DNA of 64,000 bases from Elsinoe ampelina. Its lineage: Eukaryota. This document shows, one piece after another, positions 23,117 to 34,662 of this stretch. The notes beneath the pieces are model-generated. The model had not been told where the DNA came from. It saw only the letters and a program-made list of their open reading frames with translations, and ran no database searches. The first letter of the stretch is position 1. Each line of letters opens with the position of its first letter. The position numbers were made by a program, and so were the translations under genes. The stretch covers positions 671,392-735,391 of the forward strand of contig ML992505.1 in the NCBI GenBank assembly GCA_010093995.1, given 5' to 3'.

Positions 23117-24994
23117 ATGCCGTCTCCTCCAAGGCGGTCAACACGCTCCGCCAACCCTCCCTCAACAAAGAATAGCAACTCCAGCTCCTCTTCCGTCTCC
23201 TCCTCCCGTCCCGAGCGCAATACCCGAGCGACCAAAAATACACCTCCCCTGAACGAAGAAGAGGCGGACAACAATGACGCATCAGACGTTGAAGAAGATG
23301 GAGGTGACGAAAAGACAAGATGTATATGCGGACAACAAGATTACCCCGGTCCTCCTTCTACCGACGAATACAAGTCGTTGTCAGAAGAGAGCGGGAGTCT
23401 GTTCATCCAATGTGACAGATGTAAAGTCTGGCAGCATGGAGGATGTGTCGGTATCATGAATGATGATCAGGCCCCAGACGAGTACTTTTGCGAGCAATGC
23501 GAAAAGAAAGATCACAGACTCCATACCGACCAGAAGGGGCAGAAGTATTCAATGTACCTGCCGGTGGTCAAGATACATCAGACATCTCGCAAGGAGTCGA
23601 TGAACAGATCTCATGATTCTACACTCAAGAGGGATCGTGATGCTTTGGCTAGACTGGCTGCCGAGGATCTTCATGGTCCCAAGAGGAGGTCGACTATGAA
23701 CAGCAGGCATACCTACGAGGAAGAGGAGCTTCTTAGGCAGGTCATTGAAGAGTCCAAGCAGGAGCAAGATACTGGATCTCGAAAGGGAAAGCGTACCCGC
23801 GATGAGAGTGAAGAGTATGTGGCTCCACCTCCTGGCTTTGCCCAAGCTGACCAATCCAGTGTCAAAATCGACATTAAACGTCAACGCACAGGGTCTGAAT
23901 CGCTTGACACAACACTCAATGCAGCCTCACTCGACTTTGATTCGGAGGACGAGAATGGAATGCCGACAAAGTCTGCCATCAAGCGCGCAAGAGCAGCAGC
24001 TGCCGAAACAGCCCGACAGAAAGAGATGCGAGAACGGGATCGAGTGCGAGAGGCTGCTCGCGAAGAGGCTGCTGGACGGAGACAAGCTCGAGCAGGTCGC
24101 AGACGCGGAGATGAAGAGGACGATCTACCAAGACTCCCGACAGGTCAATCAACCAAAGACTCACCCGCCGCGTCACGACAAGCCTCCCCGCCCGAAATCG
24201 AAGTCACAGTGCCTAGCAGCTCCCACAAGAAGAGCAAGAAACCCAAACGGACAGGCAGGAACCAGTATACCAAAGACCGCGAACGAGAAGCCGCCCGACA
24301 GCAAGAGCGCGAGACGTCTCCTCGATCAGCCAAAGGAAATAGTGCGTCATCTTCCGGCGGCGAAGAAGGGAAGCTCGACACCGCACCCTCAGGCGGCAAC
24401 GCCAGCACCGGCAGCGGTAACCACAGCCCCGCCTCCCTCTCCGCCGAAGGACAACATCCCATCAGCAATGGGGAAAGCAAGAGCCACAAGAAAGGCAAAC
24501 ACAACGGCAAAGGTAAGAAGGAAGAGCGAGACAAGGAGCGAGAGCGGAACAAGAACCCCCTCCCCGAAATGGAGCGGCAAACAAGCTGGATGCTCGAATT
24601 CATCGGCCGCTACCAAGCCGAACGCGCCTCCCGACCTGACCCGCCCTTCGGCTTCGGCCTCATGGCTCCCGGGCTCGTGCAAAGACTCAGCCAAGGACGA
24701 ATGGTAGAGGGTCAAGGTCTAGTGAGGAAGGGCACACCAACAAGTCATCCGTTATCTGCTGGTGAGGAGGCGAAGGAGGGTAAGTCCGCGGAAGGGAAGA
24801 GCAAATCGGAGCTAGGGTTGATGCCGAAGGATGAGTTTGAGAAATTGGATCGAGAGGGGAAGGTCCAGGAGATGATGAGGGGGTTGAGTGAGTGGCGACG
24901 GGTCTTTGTCAAGGATGAGGGGGCTGGGGAGGGGTTGTTGACGCCTGGTGGGAGGGAGGGGGTGGGGCTGGGTGTGGAGGTCGGGGGACGGTAA
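23117..24994 (+). CDS. PHD-finger chromatin protein, Cti6-like; probable in-frame 45-nt intron 23815-23859
   Basis: TRCICG..FIQCDRCKVWQHGGCVGI..YFCEQC PHD; KRRSTMNSR motif. Confidence 0.8.
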   Translation: MPSPPRRSTRSANPPSTKNSNSSSSSVSSSRPERNTRATKNTPPLNEEEADNNDASDVEEDGGDEKTRCICGQQDYPGPPSTDEYKSLSEESGSLFIQCDRCKVWQHGGCVGIMNDDQAPDEYFCEQCEKKDHRLHTDQKGQKYSMYLPVVKIHQTSRKESMNRSHDSTLKRDRDALARLAAEDLHGPKRRSTMNSRHTYEEEELLRQVIEESKQEQDTGSRKGKRTRDESEEYVAPPPGFAQADQSSVKIDIKRQRTGSESLDTTLNAASLDFDSEDENGMPTKSAIKRARAAAAETARQKEMRERDRVREAAREEAAGRRQARAGRRRGDEEDDLPRLPTGQSTKDSPAASRQASPPEIEVTVPSSSHKKSKKPKRTGRNQYTKDREREAARQQERETSPRSAKGNSASSSGGEEGKLDTAPSGGNASTGSGNHSPASLSAEGQHPISNGESKSHKKGKHNGKGKKEERDKERERNKNPLPEMERQTSWMLEFIGRYQAERASRPDPPFGFGLMAPGLVQRLSQGRMVEGQGLVRKGTPTSHPLSAGEEAKEGKSAEGKSKSELGLMPKDEFEKLDREGKVQEMMRGLSEWRRVFVKDEGAGEGLLTPGGREGVGLGVEVGGR

Positions 24995-25495
24995 TGGTGT
25001 AGCGGTAGGGGAAATGAATATTACTCGCTTCAGGTCGTTTCAAGGCACACCTTTGAGGCTATTCACACTATCACTTGAATCTCCGCTGGTCGATTCTCCG
25101 TCAACGCGAGGGTGCATCTGTCGGATAGACGATACGGTAAGTTCTCTCCTCAATGCCGACGACATACCAGGACTTCAGGTGAGTACATCGCCCCTTTTGG
25201 ATCTACACCACCCTCTCCTCTCCCTGCACCGGCAAAGCCAGCCCAACTCCACCCATCTCACCCCATCCCACCTCCGTCTAGATCACCTGTACCCGCCGCT
25301 CCCGGTGATCCTCGCTGCAAGACCGGCATGCCACGAGTACCTCCGCCCTTTCCGCCCGTTATCTCAATTGTGCCTGTACGCACACCATCGTACCAAGCGG
25401 GCACCGCGCCGACCCTTGACGTGAGACCGGGATCACGTGTGGGATCATTCCCGGCCTATATCTATGGGTATCAGACACTGCGCAGGCCGGGGCGG

Positions 25496-25569
25496 GGAGC
25501 AGGCATGGAGCAGGCATGGAGCAGGCAAGGAGCAGGCAAGGAGCAGGCAAGGAGCAGGCAAGGAGCAGG
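25496..25569. repeat. 11-bp minisatellite GGAGCAGGCA(T/A), six full copies plus a partial
   Basis: Read directly: 2x GGAGCAGGCAT, 4x GGAGCAGGCAA, then GGAGCAGG. Confidence 0.95.
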
Positions 25570-25763
25570 ACCAATGCGGACATTGAGCCCGTGGAGGTTG
25601 CGCGGCGATGGACAGCTGTTGGTCACTGTGCTTGAGCTGGCGCGTTAATGATGGATGTGGTATGGGTGAGGGAGGGGGGTGGAGAGGTGGGACAACCGCA
25701 TGTCACGCAGGTACACCCATAACATCGGCCGAGACACATTTTGACGGTCCATTGATAGCGACC

Positions 25764-27583
25764 CTACATCCTGAACACGCCGAATTCCGTCTTCTTCTCC
25801 TCTACACTCCCAGTCAAGGCAGCGTCCAATGCAGCGCCCAGCACTCTTCTAGTATGGCTAGGCGGTATAATACCGTCGTCCCATAGTCTCGCGGTCGAAA
25901 AGGTACTCTCGCTCTCCCTCTCAATACGCTCCTTCAGCTTCGGATCGACTTTCTTACCCACAGCCTCCATCACAGCACTCAACTGCTCCGGACCCATGAC
26001 GCTCGTCTTCGCCGTCGGCCAAGCAAACATGAAACGAGGCGAATACGCTCTTCCACTGTCACAGGTCAGCATCAAACCCCCCCTCACTCAGCGAAGACGA
26101 AAAGCAAACTCACCACATCCCATAATTCCCCGCCCCAGCACTCGACCCAAACACGACCGTGAACTTGGGCACCTCCGCACACGCCACCGCCGTGACCAAT
26201 TTCGCGCCGTTCTTTGCAATGCCCCCCTTCTCCGCGTCCTGACCCACCATGAAACCCGAGATATTCTGTAGAAACACAAGCGGGATATTCCGCTTCGCGC
26301 AGAGCTGGATGAAATGCGCCCCTTTGAGACTACTCTCGCTGAACAAGATGCCGTTATTCGCGATGATACCCACTGGATGACCATAGATGGTCGCGAAACC
26401 CGTGACCAACGTCGAGCCGTAGAGGGGTTTGAATTCGCTGAACTCGGAGCCGTCGACGATACGCGCGATGATCTCGTGGGCGTCGATTTGGGTTTTCAGG
26501 TTGGTGCCGAGGACGCCGCCCAGCTCGTCGGGGGAGTGGATCGGCTCGGACCAGGAGGTGATGCGGGACGGGTTGGGGCGCCGGGGGTAGTTGAGGTTGG
26601 AGACGGAGCGGCGGGCGAGGATGAGGGCGTGGGCGTCGTCGACGGCGAGGTAGTCTGTTACGCCGGAGATTTCGGAGTGGAGTTGCCCGCCGCCGAGGGA
26701 TTCGGCTGAGACGACTTCTCCTGTCGCGGCTTTGACGAGGGGCGGGCCGGCGAGGAAGATGTGCCCTTGTTCGGCGACGATGATGGTTTCGTCGGACATG
26801 GAGGGGACGTAGGCGCCGCCCGCGGTGCAGGGGCCCATGACGACGGAGAGTTGAGGGATGCCTGCTGCGGACATGCGGGCTTGGTTGTAGAAGATGCGGC
26901 CGAAGTGGTCGCGGTCGGGGAAGACGTCGGCTTGATGAGGGAGGTTGGCGCCACCGCTGTCGACGAGGTAGATGCAGGGGAGGCGGTTTTGGTGGGCAAT
27001 CTCTTGGGCTCGGAGATGCTTCTTTACGGTTAAAGGGTAGTAGGTACCTCCTTTGACGGTGCTGTCGTTTGCCACGATCATACAGAGGGTTCCTGATACG
27101 GTTCCTATGCCTGTGACTATGCCAGCACCTGGAGTGTCTTCACCTGGGTAGACAGAGTGTCCTGCTAGAGCAGAGAGTTCGAGAAAATTTGTACCAGGAT
27201 CAATAAGGGCTGTGATACGGCTGGACATGTCAGGGATAAGATAGATTGCATGGGAACGATACTCACTCTCTCACCAGCATCTTTCCCTTTTGAATGTGCT
27301 TCTCCCTCGCCTTCTCCGGTCCTCCCATCGCCGCCTCCTGATGAAGAAACTCAAACTTGTGACATAAATCCTTCATGGCTTTGTCATTCTCCTGGAATTG
27401 ACTCGAGTTCTTGTCCACAGCAGACTGTATTATCGACACCTGCTTTGCCTGAAAAGGGCTGGTATATGTCGCCTCCCCCCTTCGCTGCACCACTGTCCTT
27501 GGAGCAAGCCATCTGCTCGGACTGCCCCGACATACACTCCTCACGCACCTCATATGTGACCGTAAGCATATTGGAGCAGCCAT
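25764..27583 (-). CDS. mccB: 3-methylcrotonyl-CoA carboxylase beta subunit, mitochondrial; exons 27583-27267, 27220-26114, 26055-25764
   Basis: Arg-rich presequence; [52 protein letters not shown]-terminal FGVFRM. Confidence 0.95.
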
Positions 27584-27831
27584 GATGACATTCAAAGAAA
27601 TTACATGGAAATTTTCACATCCAGACTGACCTGATCTAATACAGTGTTTACCTGCTCGGCTCAAGACGTCGCCAGGACCTTGCCGAGCTGTTCCCCATGG
27701 GTGACAAAGCCGATGAAAGCCGCTCCTGCCCTTTTGTGCATGAGGGTCAGTCTTGAGCCGAAACAACTCTCGGCTCTGGATATTTTCTAATCTGTTTCTG
27801 TTCCTTTCATTTGTTTATTGTTTGAGCAAAG
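27584..27831. promoter_or_regulatory. Bidirectional mccB/ivdA promoter with 12-bp inverted repeat (27656-27667 / 27750-27761) and clustered TCGGC/GCCGA half-sites
   Basis: 248 bp between divergent ATGs; TCGGCTCAAGAC and its reverse complement GTCTTGAGCCGA. Confidence 0.6.
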
Positions 27832-29169
27832 ATGAAGTCTATGCAAGCTGCTCGTTCTTTGCTCCGTGTTCAGCAGACAGCGCTGGGCGGTGGTGCGGCG
27901 AGAGCAATCCCCCGCCAATGGCACAGGTGTGCGTCTACCAAACATCCAAAGGGATTTGTACCGCCGACACAGGAAGATCTGGATGAGCTGAGAGAGCGGA
28001 CGATCGAGTTTGCACGAAGAGAGATACCGGAAGAGGTAGCAGCCAAGACGGATCAAGGAAATGAGTTTCCCATGGAGATGTGGCAGAAGATGGGAGAGGC
28101 AGGGTAGGTAGATCCGCATGTCACGAGGGACCTGGCTGACGAGGATAGCTTCTTGGGAATCACAGCAAACGAAGACTATGGAGGACTCGGAATGGGCTAT
28201 CTATCACACATCACAGTCATGGAAGAGCTGAGTCGAGCAAGTGGATCAATCGCATTATCATACGCAGCACACTCCCAACTTTGTGTCAACCAGATTTGCT
28301 TGAACGCAAATGAAGAACAAAAGTCAAAGTACTTGCCGAAGCTCATATCTGGAGAGATGGTTGGAGCGTTGGCCATGTCAGAAACAGGTGCAGGGAGTGA
28401 TGTGGTCAGCATGAAGACGACCGCGAAGAAGGTGGATGGCGGGTACCTTTTGAATGGCACAAAGTACTGGATCACCAACGGACCGGATGCTGGACTCGTT
28501 GTTGTCTACGCAAAGACCGAGCCAGATGCTGCTAGCAAGGGAATCACGGCTTTCCTCGTCGAGACCCAGACCAAGGGCTTCTCGGTCGCAAAGAAGCTGG
28601 ACAAGCTGGGTATGAGAGGCAGCAATACCGGCGAACTCGTATTTGAGGATGTGTTTGTGCCAGCAGAGAACGTCTTAGGAGCTGTGAACAAGGGTGTAAG
28701 AGTTCTGATGGAAGGACTGGACCTTGAGCGGTTAGTGCTCTCAGCTGGACCTCTCGGATTGATGAAGGCTGCACTGGATGTCGCCTTGCCCTTTACCCAC
28801 GAGAGGAAGCAATTCGGCACACCTATCGCTCAATTCCAATTCATCCAGGGTAAACTGGCTGACATGTACACCAAGTACAGAGCAAGTTCGGCCTTTACCT
28901 ACAGTGTGGCCAAACAGATTGATGAGAGTCATGAAGACCCTATCATTTTGACTCAAGACTGTGCAGGAGCTATCTTGTATGCTGCAGAGAGGGCGACAGA
29001 GTGCGGAATGGACGCCATCCAGTGTCTTGGAGGGACTGGCTATGTCAATGAAGTGGCCGCTGGACGGATAATGCGGGATGCAAAGTTGTACGAGATTGGT
29101 GCAGGTACAAGCGAGATCAGAAGGATGGTGATAGGAAGGGCATTCAACAAAGAGTATGCCTCACGGTAA
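27832..29169 (+). CDS. ivdA: Isovaleryl-CoA dehydrogenase, mitochondrial; one intron at about 28104-28148
   Basis: [70 protein letters not shown]. Confidence 0.95.
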
Positions 29170-29659
29170 TGAAACATATTGTATGTCTGCCTGATGTGTC
29201 TACTCAAGGTGGAATCGACTTCCGCAAAATGTATCTCCGCACGATTGTGGCTTGGCGAACACCATGTCCAAAGCTTAGCTACGGACGTTACTCTGATTCG
29301 CTGACGTGTTGGTCTCCTGCCGATCTTCCCGATCTCGTGCTTACGGCCGACGCCATTCCGTCAGTTTCTTGCACCGCCCGAGTTTCTGCAGACAAGGCCG
29401 CAAGATAAACCCCCTTTTGGGATGGATTTCTGCGACGCTGTTGACGGTAGGTCCGACTGTGGACGGCCGTAACGATGTGATGAGGATTGAGGTAGGTGAG
29501 ATGGAAAGGTATAAAGATGTCTATGGGGTCCACGAATGTAGCTGTATCCTCATCATCCGATTCCCAATTTCAACCACTGCTTAAGACTGTCAAACCTCCA
29601 TCAAAAACAATCATCGACGAGCAGGACATCATCATAACCCATCACATACACCTACCATC

Positions 29660-30112
29660 ATGTGCTGCCAAAACAAAGCCGTTCGCCAACAGCAGAGAGC
29701 TGCCCGCCGCGTAGCAAAGTTCAATGCTCGCGCTGCATACTATGGCTACCAACTTCAACCCAGCGATCATCCCAACAATCAAATCGTCCTTGCAGAGACG
29801 CCCATGAATGTTCACCATCACACACGACGCGGATGCTGCGGACGCGAACGACGAGGAGGGCCTATTACAGCACTCTTCAATGGTGTAGTCGCCATTGTCA
29901 ATGCAGTTCAGGACAACCGCGAGAAGAAGAGGTCTGCTATTGAGCGGGATGTGCTTCCTTCAATGCGATCACAAATGGGTGGGCTTCAAGATGAGAAGGT
30001 CCGTGTAGCTGAGCTCGAGCGGAGTAGCGAGGATCTGACCAGGAACGAGACTGAAGATCTTGAGATCAGAGATGAGCAATTGCCAAAGTACGAGGAGGTG
30101 CAAAAATTGTAG
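29660..30112 (+). CDS. Small hypothetical protein (150 aa) with N-terminal MCC and C-terminal LPKY motif
   Basis: Good start context (CCATCATG), protein-like composition, amphipathic GGPITALFNGVVAIV segment. Confidence 0.55.
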   Translation: MCCQNKAVRQQQRAARRVAKFNARAAYYGYQLQPSDHPNNQIVLAETPMNVHHHTRRGCCGRERRGGPITALFNGVVAIVNAVQDNREKKRSAIERDVLPSMRSQMGGLQDEKVRVAELERSSEDLTRNETEDLEIRDEQLPKYEEVQKL

Positions 30113-30303
30113 AATGTTCTCGTTTTCTTGTATTATTAGAAGATATCCATCACGATCATGATCAATATTATAATCAGTTGCCGAGGCACATGCAAATCCC
30201 CCGCCCAGTTGAACTTCCCCGTCGGCGATTGAGCCAAAAACCTTGCCATCTCCAGCTTCATTCATCTCCGACTTCCGACCATCGCGTAGAATGATCCAAT
30301 GAC

Positions 30304-32816
30304 ATGGCTACGCCTCCTCCAAAAGATGTCCTAGGGGCGAATACGGATGGCGGAGTATCGAAGAGTCAACAGAAGAGAACTTCCAGAGCTTGCTTGGTCT
30401 GTCGCGCAAGGAAAAGTAAATGCACACTGTAAGTTACATCATCCTCGAGTCGAAAACCGAACTGGAGCTTGGAGCTTGGAGCTTGGGAAGCCGATAACCG
30501 GCAATCAGTTGAGACTTGCGATAGTTTCAGCTCCACAACAGCTTCGTCTGGGGTTGATCAGGGCGGGATCATCGCTGACTTGTCGTAGAGATTCACAGGA
30601 TGGTGCACCACAGCCGCCATGTCAGAGATGCAAGCGGGAAGGAAAGGAATGTGTTATTGGCAGCTCGAATCGTGGTGGGCGGCGGGTGAGAAAGAGTACT
30701 CTTGCTGCAAATGAGTGAGTGTTTCGAAATGATTGGAGACCTTTACTGATGAACTTGTGATAGACAAGATGAAAGGTCGCAGTCGCCAAAGCCAGGAGAG
30801 GAAAGCGTCAACTCGACAATATTTTCCATCGAGACGGCGCCGACAGCTCCGATGAATGGTGTTCCATTACCGCCGATGCAAATTGATCCAGCGCTGAATG
30901 GATACGGACAGAGTCATAAGTTGCCTCCGCCGGATGCTCAACCAGGCTCGCGATCATCAAGCGACGATGTGCCTTTCAACGACCTGCAGAATCCATCGGA
31001 TGCGTTGAGCATTCTTGCTCACATAGCCAACGGCAACCACGAAAGCCGGACTTCCTGGAATGATACATCTCGGGTAGTCCAACAAGACAGTAACTCATCG
31101 GCTTGGGGTATCGGCGAACCTACAAAGGCCGTACTTGTCGACTATGCCCCGCTCAGAGACGGCACGCTGAACTACCAAAAGATCGCTTCTCTGGTAGAGC
31201 GATATCACAGGAACTATCATCCATACTATCCTATCGTACAGAGGGAGACACTGGATACCACTCATCTCACAAGAACCATCCAGGAGGAACCACACTTGTT
31301 AACCGCAATTCTGGTCATTTCTTCCAAGGATCTGTTGGATGATCAACGCATCTACAATGTCTGCTCAGAGCACATGCAGGCCCGAGTCTCCGCTCTTGCC
31401 GCTGGTAGTGCTTGTGAGGTCGAAGCTGTTGAAGCGCTTCTTCTGCTAGCAGAATGGACGCCCTATGCTTCACGTCGACAGGCTGGGAGTGTCGGTAGAG
31501 GTGAGGAAGATCGAGAAGCGTGGATGCATGTCGGGATGGCGCTGCGCATGGGCTACTATCTCAGTCTCGACAAGACTGCATTCAGAATTGCCGACCCCAA
31601 GGACCCTCTAGGACTTCGAAAGCGACTAGTGTGGACTGCCTGCTTCGTCTCGGATCGGCAGATCTCAATTCGAACAGGAAGAGCTTTCTGGTCGAGAGGT
31701 CCGAGCCCTGGTACCGCGGTTCGCAAAGATGATTTCCCCAGTCTTTACCCTCAAGGACCTGGCGAGGATGATTATGCCACCATCTTTCAAGCGACGCTGG
31801 AACTGACCATGCTGTTCAGCAATGTTCATGATGTTCTCTACAGCAATCCAAGCGGTTTCCGGTCTCACATGTCTGGTGGCTACATCCGATACATTGACGA
31901 CTTTCGAAGTGCCATCTATGGGTGGAATAGTGTCTATGGTACCCTCACGTGCTCACAGAATCTCAAGGCTACTCTCGTCATGAGCTACGACTATCTCCGG
32001 CTATATACTAACGCCTTCGCCTTTCACGCGACCATTCAGCGTGCACTACCAAAGACAAAGGACGGCAAGCCATCATTCAGCAGAGTATTCTACAACAACG
32101 TGGGTGCTGTCGGTGATGCCCGTTTCATATACGAAGGACTCGACGCTGCGAAGAGTCTGCTAACTACCATGAACAACTTTGTGGATCCTGAAAAGTGAGT
32201 TTGAGCTGTCAACTTCTTCTTCGCAACTTGGCTGACCCCGACTAGATCTCTCCGCTACATGCCACTCCGTTTCTACCTGTACACGGTCTATGCTGGCGTC
32301 TTCCTCTACCGTGCTCGTACCGTGGGCGTCATGTCTCCCGAGGAGGACTCGTCAGTGAAACGTCTTGTCAGGCAAACAGTGGCAAAGCTCGAAGCTGCCT
32401 CGGTCGGTGAAGGACATCCCGGTAACCGATACTCTCAGCTGCTTAAACTCCTCTGGGATCGAGTGGACCGCAAGCGTAGAGACGCCGGGTCTCTTGCTAC
32501 CATTGTTGACCCTTACCGTCCAGGTGGAATCTCAAGCAACAGCGGACTGGGCAGCCAATCGACCGGCTTGAACCACGACACACCGAGTCGGTACAGTAAC
32601 GACATGGAGAGTCCTGGTATGACAGAAAAGATGGGTGACTTTAGCTGGACTGACCTGGATGCTATTGGGAACTTTGCTGTCAATGGTAATGAAGGGATGA
32701 ATCTGGACGGTAGTAATGACTGGTGGGCTTCGGGGTTCTTGCCGGCGGACAACAACCCTTTCGGTATGGGTATGGATCTTACCATGGGCGATGCCAATTG
32801 GGGACTTCAGCTTTGA
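30304..32816 (+). CDS. Zn(II)2Cys6 transcription factor, Aro80-like; exons 30304-30428, 30589-30714, 30764-32194, 32246-32816
   Basis: RACLVCRARKSKCTL|..PPCQRCKREGKECVIGSSNRGGRR cluster; LQNPSDALSILA; fungal TF middle homology region (AVEALLLLAEW); acidic aromatic C-terminus. Confidence 0.88.
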
Positions 32817-33497
32817 TCAAAGAAAGATATGCTTGTATGATAGATACCCGCGGTTGCCTGGCGCTGAGTGGTGCTGAACATGTTCGTCTCTTCTCTCATC
32901 TTGCTCGACAGCCAATTGTCGCCATTTCACCAGCGGTGAGAGCATCTCTCACGTCCATCGTCGTTCATCTCACCTCCTGCATCACTGCACGAGCCTTGTC
33001 TTTTAAGGCAGTCGGTAACCCAGCTACACCACCCCCACCATGATGACATGGCCACTGTTCAAGCAATCCTTCGAATGCTTAACTTTCATCATAATTATAT
33101 CCGCTCAATATGCTAATACCATCTGCTCGATCTTTCTACAATCATCTCGCCCCTCTTCTCCGTCTCCCGGAAAACAATTCCGCCCCCTTCTTGACCCGCA
33201 AACGTCATCGGGATCTGCCCCCTCTCTGCCCACGATTCAAAGCCCGACATCACACAAAGTCCAATGTGGGGTGAACCGGGACCCGTTCTCAAAAAGGCAG
33301 CCGAGACCTCTCTGTTCCCGACGACATTGATCTGCCGAGGGGTAATTATTTTGTTTGATCTGTTTCTCATTGCTCCGTCTCTTACACATTGACATTTGGG
33401 ATTGATTCTGAGAGCAAAGGACGACAGAAGTGAAAGTAGCAGACATAAAAGAAAGACCGGGAATCTCAAGAGCGGGGAATCCTGCACGAAAAGTCCA

Positions 33498-34662
33498 ATG
33501 GCGTCTCAAAAGCCGGCTGCGTTGCTGGTTGGTGGCATTACGCATGCGAACAAAGAGTGGGAGGAGTTTGGCAAGGATGTAGAGCTGCTGGTAAGTTCAA
33601 TCAGCCGTTCGTCGATTTCTTCCGTGGACTTGTGGCGGTCCGGCAGCAAAGGGTGGGCATGGAATGGCCTACACCAGATGGCCCACAAAGTCACAGCCTA
33701 CGGAAAATCACGACGCGCAAGCAGACATACGATCAACCTAACACATCATCCAGGAATACCGACAAGGCAACCGCACCGAGTTCCTCGCGGACCTCAAGTC
33801 TGGCAAATACTCCAACGTCACCTACCTCTACCGCTCCAACGAATCCCTCTCCGTCACCGGCCCCTTCGACCAAGAACTCATTTCCCTCCTCCCTCCATCC
33901 CTCAAATACATAGTCCACTCCGGAGCAGGCTACAACGGCGTCGACGTCCCCGCCCTCACCGACCGGGGCATCGCCTTCTCCTCCACCCCCATCGCAGTCG
34001 ACGACGCCACCGCCGACGTCGCCCTCCTCCTCATGCTGGGCGCCCTCCGCCGCGTAACCGTCCCCTTCACCGCAGTCCGCAAAGGGGAATGGCGCGGCAA
34101 AGACTTCAACCTGGGCCACGACCCCAAGAAGAAAACCCTCGGCATCCTCGGGATGGGAGGCATCGGACGGGCGGTGGCGAAACGGGCAAAAGCCTTTGGC
34201 ATGACGATCCAGTACCACAACCGGTCGCGACTGAGCGAGGAACTCGAGGACGGGGCGAGGTACGTCTCTTTCGACGACCTACTGGCGACGTCGGATGTGA
34301 TTTCGCTCAATCTGGCGCTGAACCCGAGCACGACGCATATCATCGGGGAGAAGGAGTTTGGGAAGATGAAGGACGGGGTGGTGATTGTGAACACGGCGAG
34401 AGGGCCGATTATCGATGAGGCGGCGCTGGTGGAGGCGTTGGATAGTGGCAAGGTTTTCAGTGCAGGGTTGGATGTTTTCGAGGAGGAGCCGAAGATTCAT
34501 CCCGGGCTGCTCAAGAATGAACGGGCGGTGTTGTTGCCGCATATTGGGACCGCGACGTGGGAGACGCAGAAGGATATGGAGTTGTTGGTGTTGGAGAATT
34601 TGAGGAGCGCGATTGATGGCAAAGGGTTGGTGACGCAGATTCCGGAGCAGAAGGGAAAGTAG
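33498..34662 (+). CDS. D-isomer-specific 2-hydroxyacid dehydrogenase (glyoxylate reductase-like); intron 33591-33753; possible alternative last exon ending at 34729
   Basis: GAGYNGVDV, LGILGMGGIG Rossmann motif, IVNTARG, GLDVFEEEP, LPHIGT. Confidence 0.92.

Noticed and set aside
25496..25569. Tandem repeats as a CRISPR array
   Set aside because: No spacers, 11-bp unit, eukaryotic context, no cas genes.
30429..30588. Possible stwintron (nested intron) in the TF intron
   Set aside because: Excising the putative internal intron does not reconstitute a valid donor.
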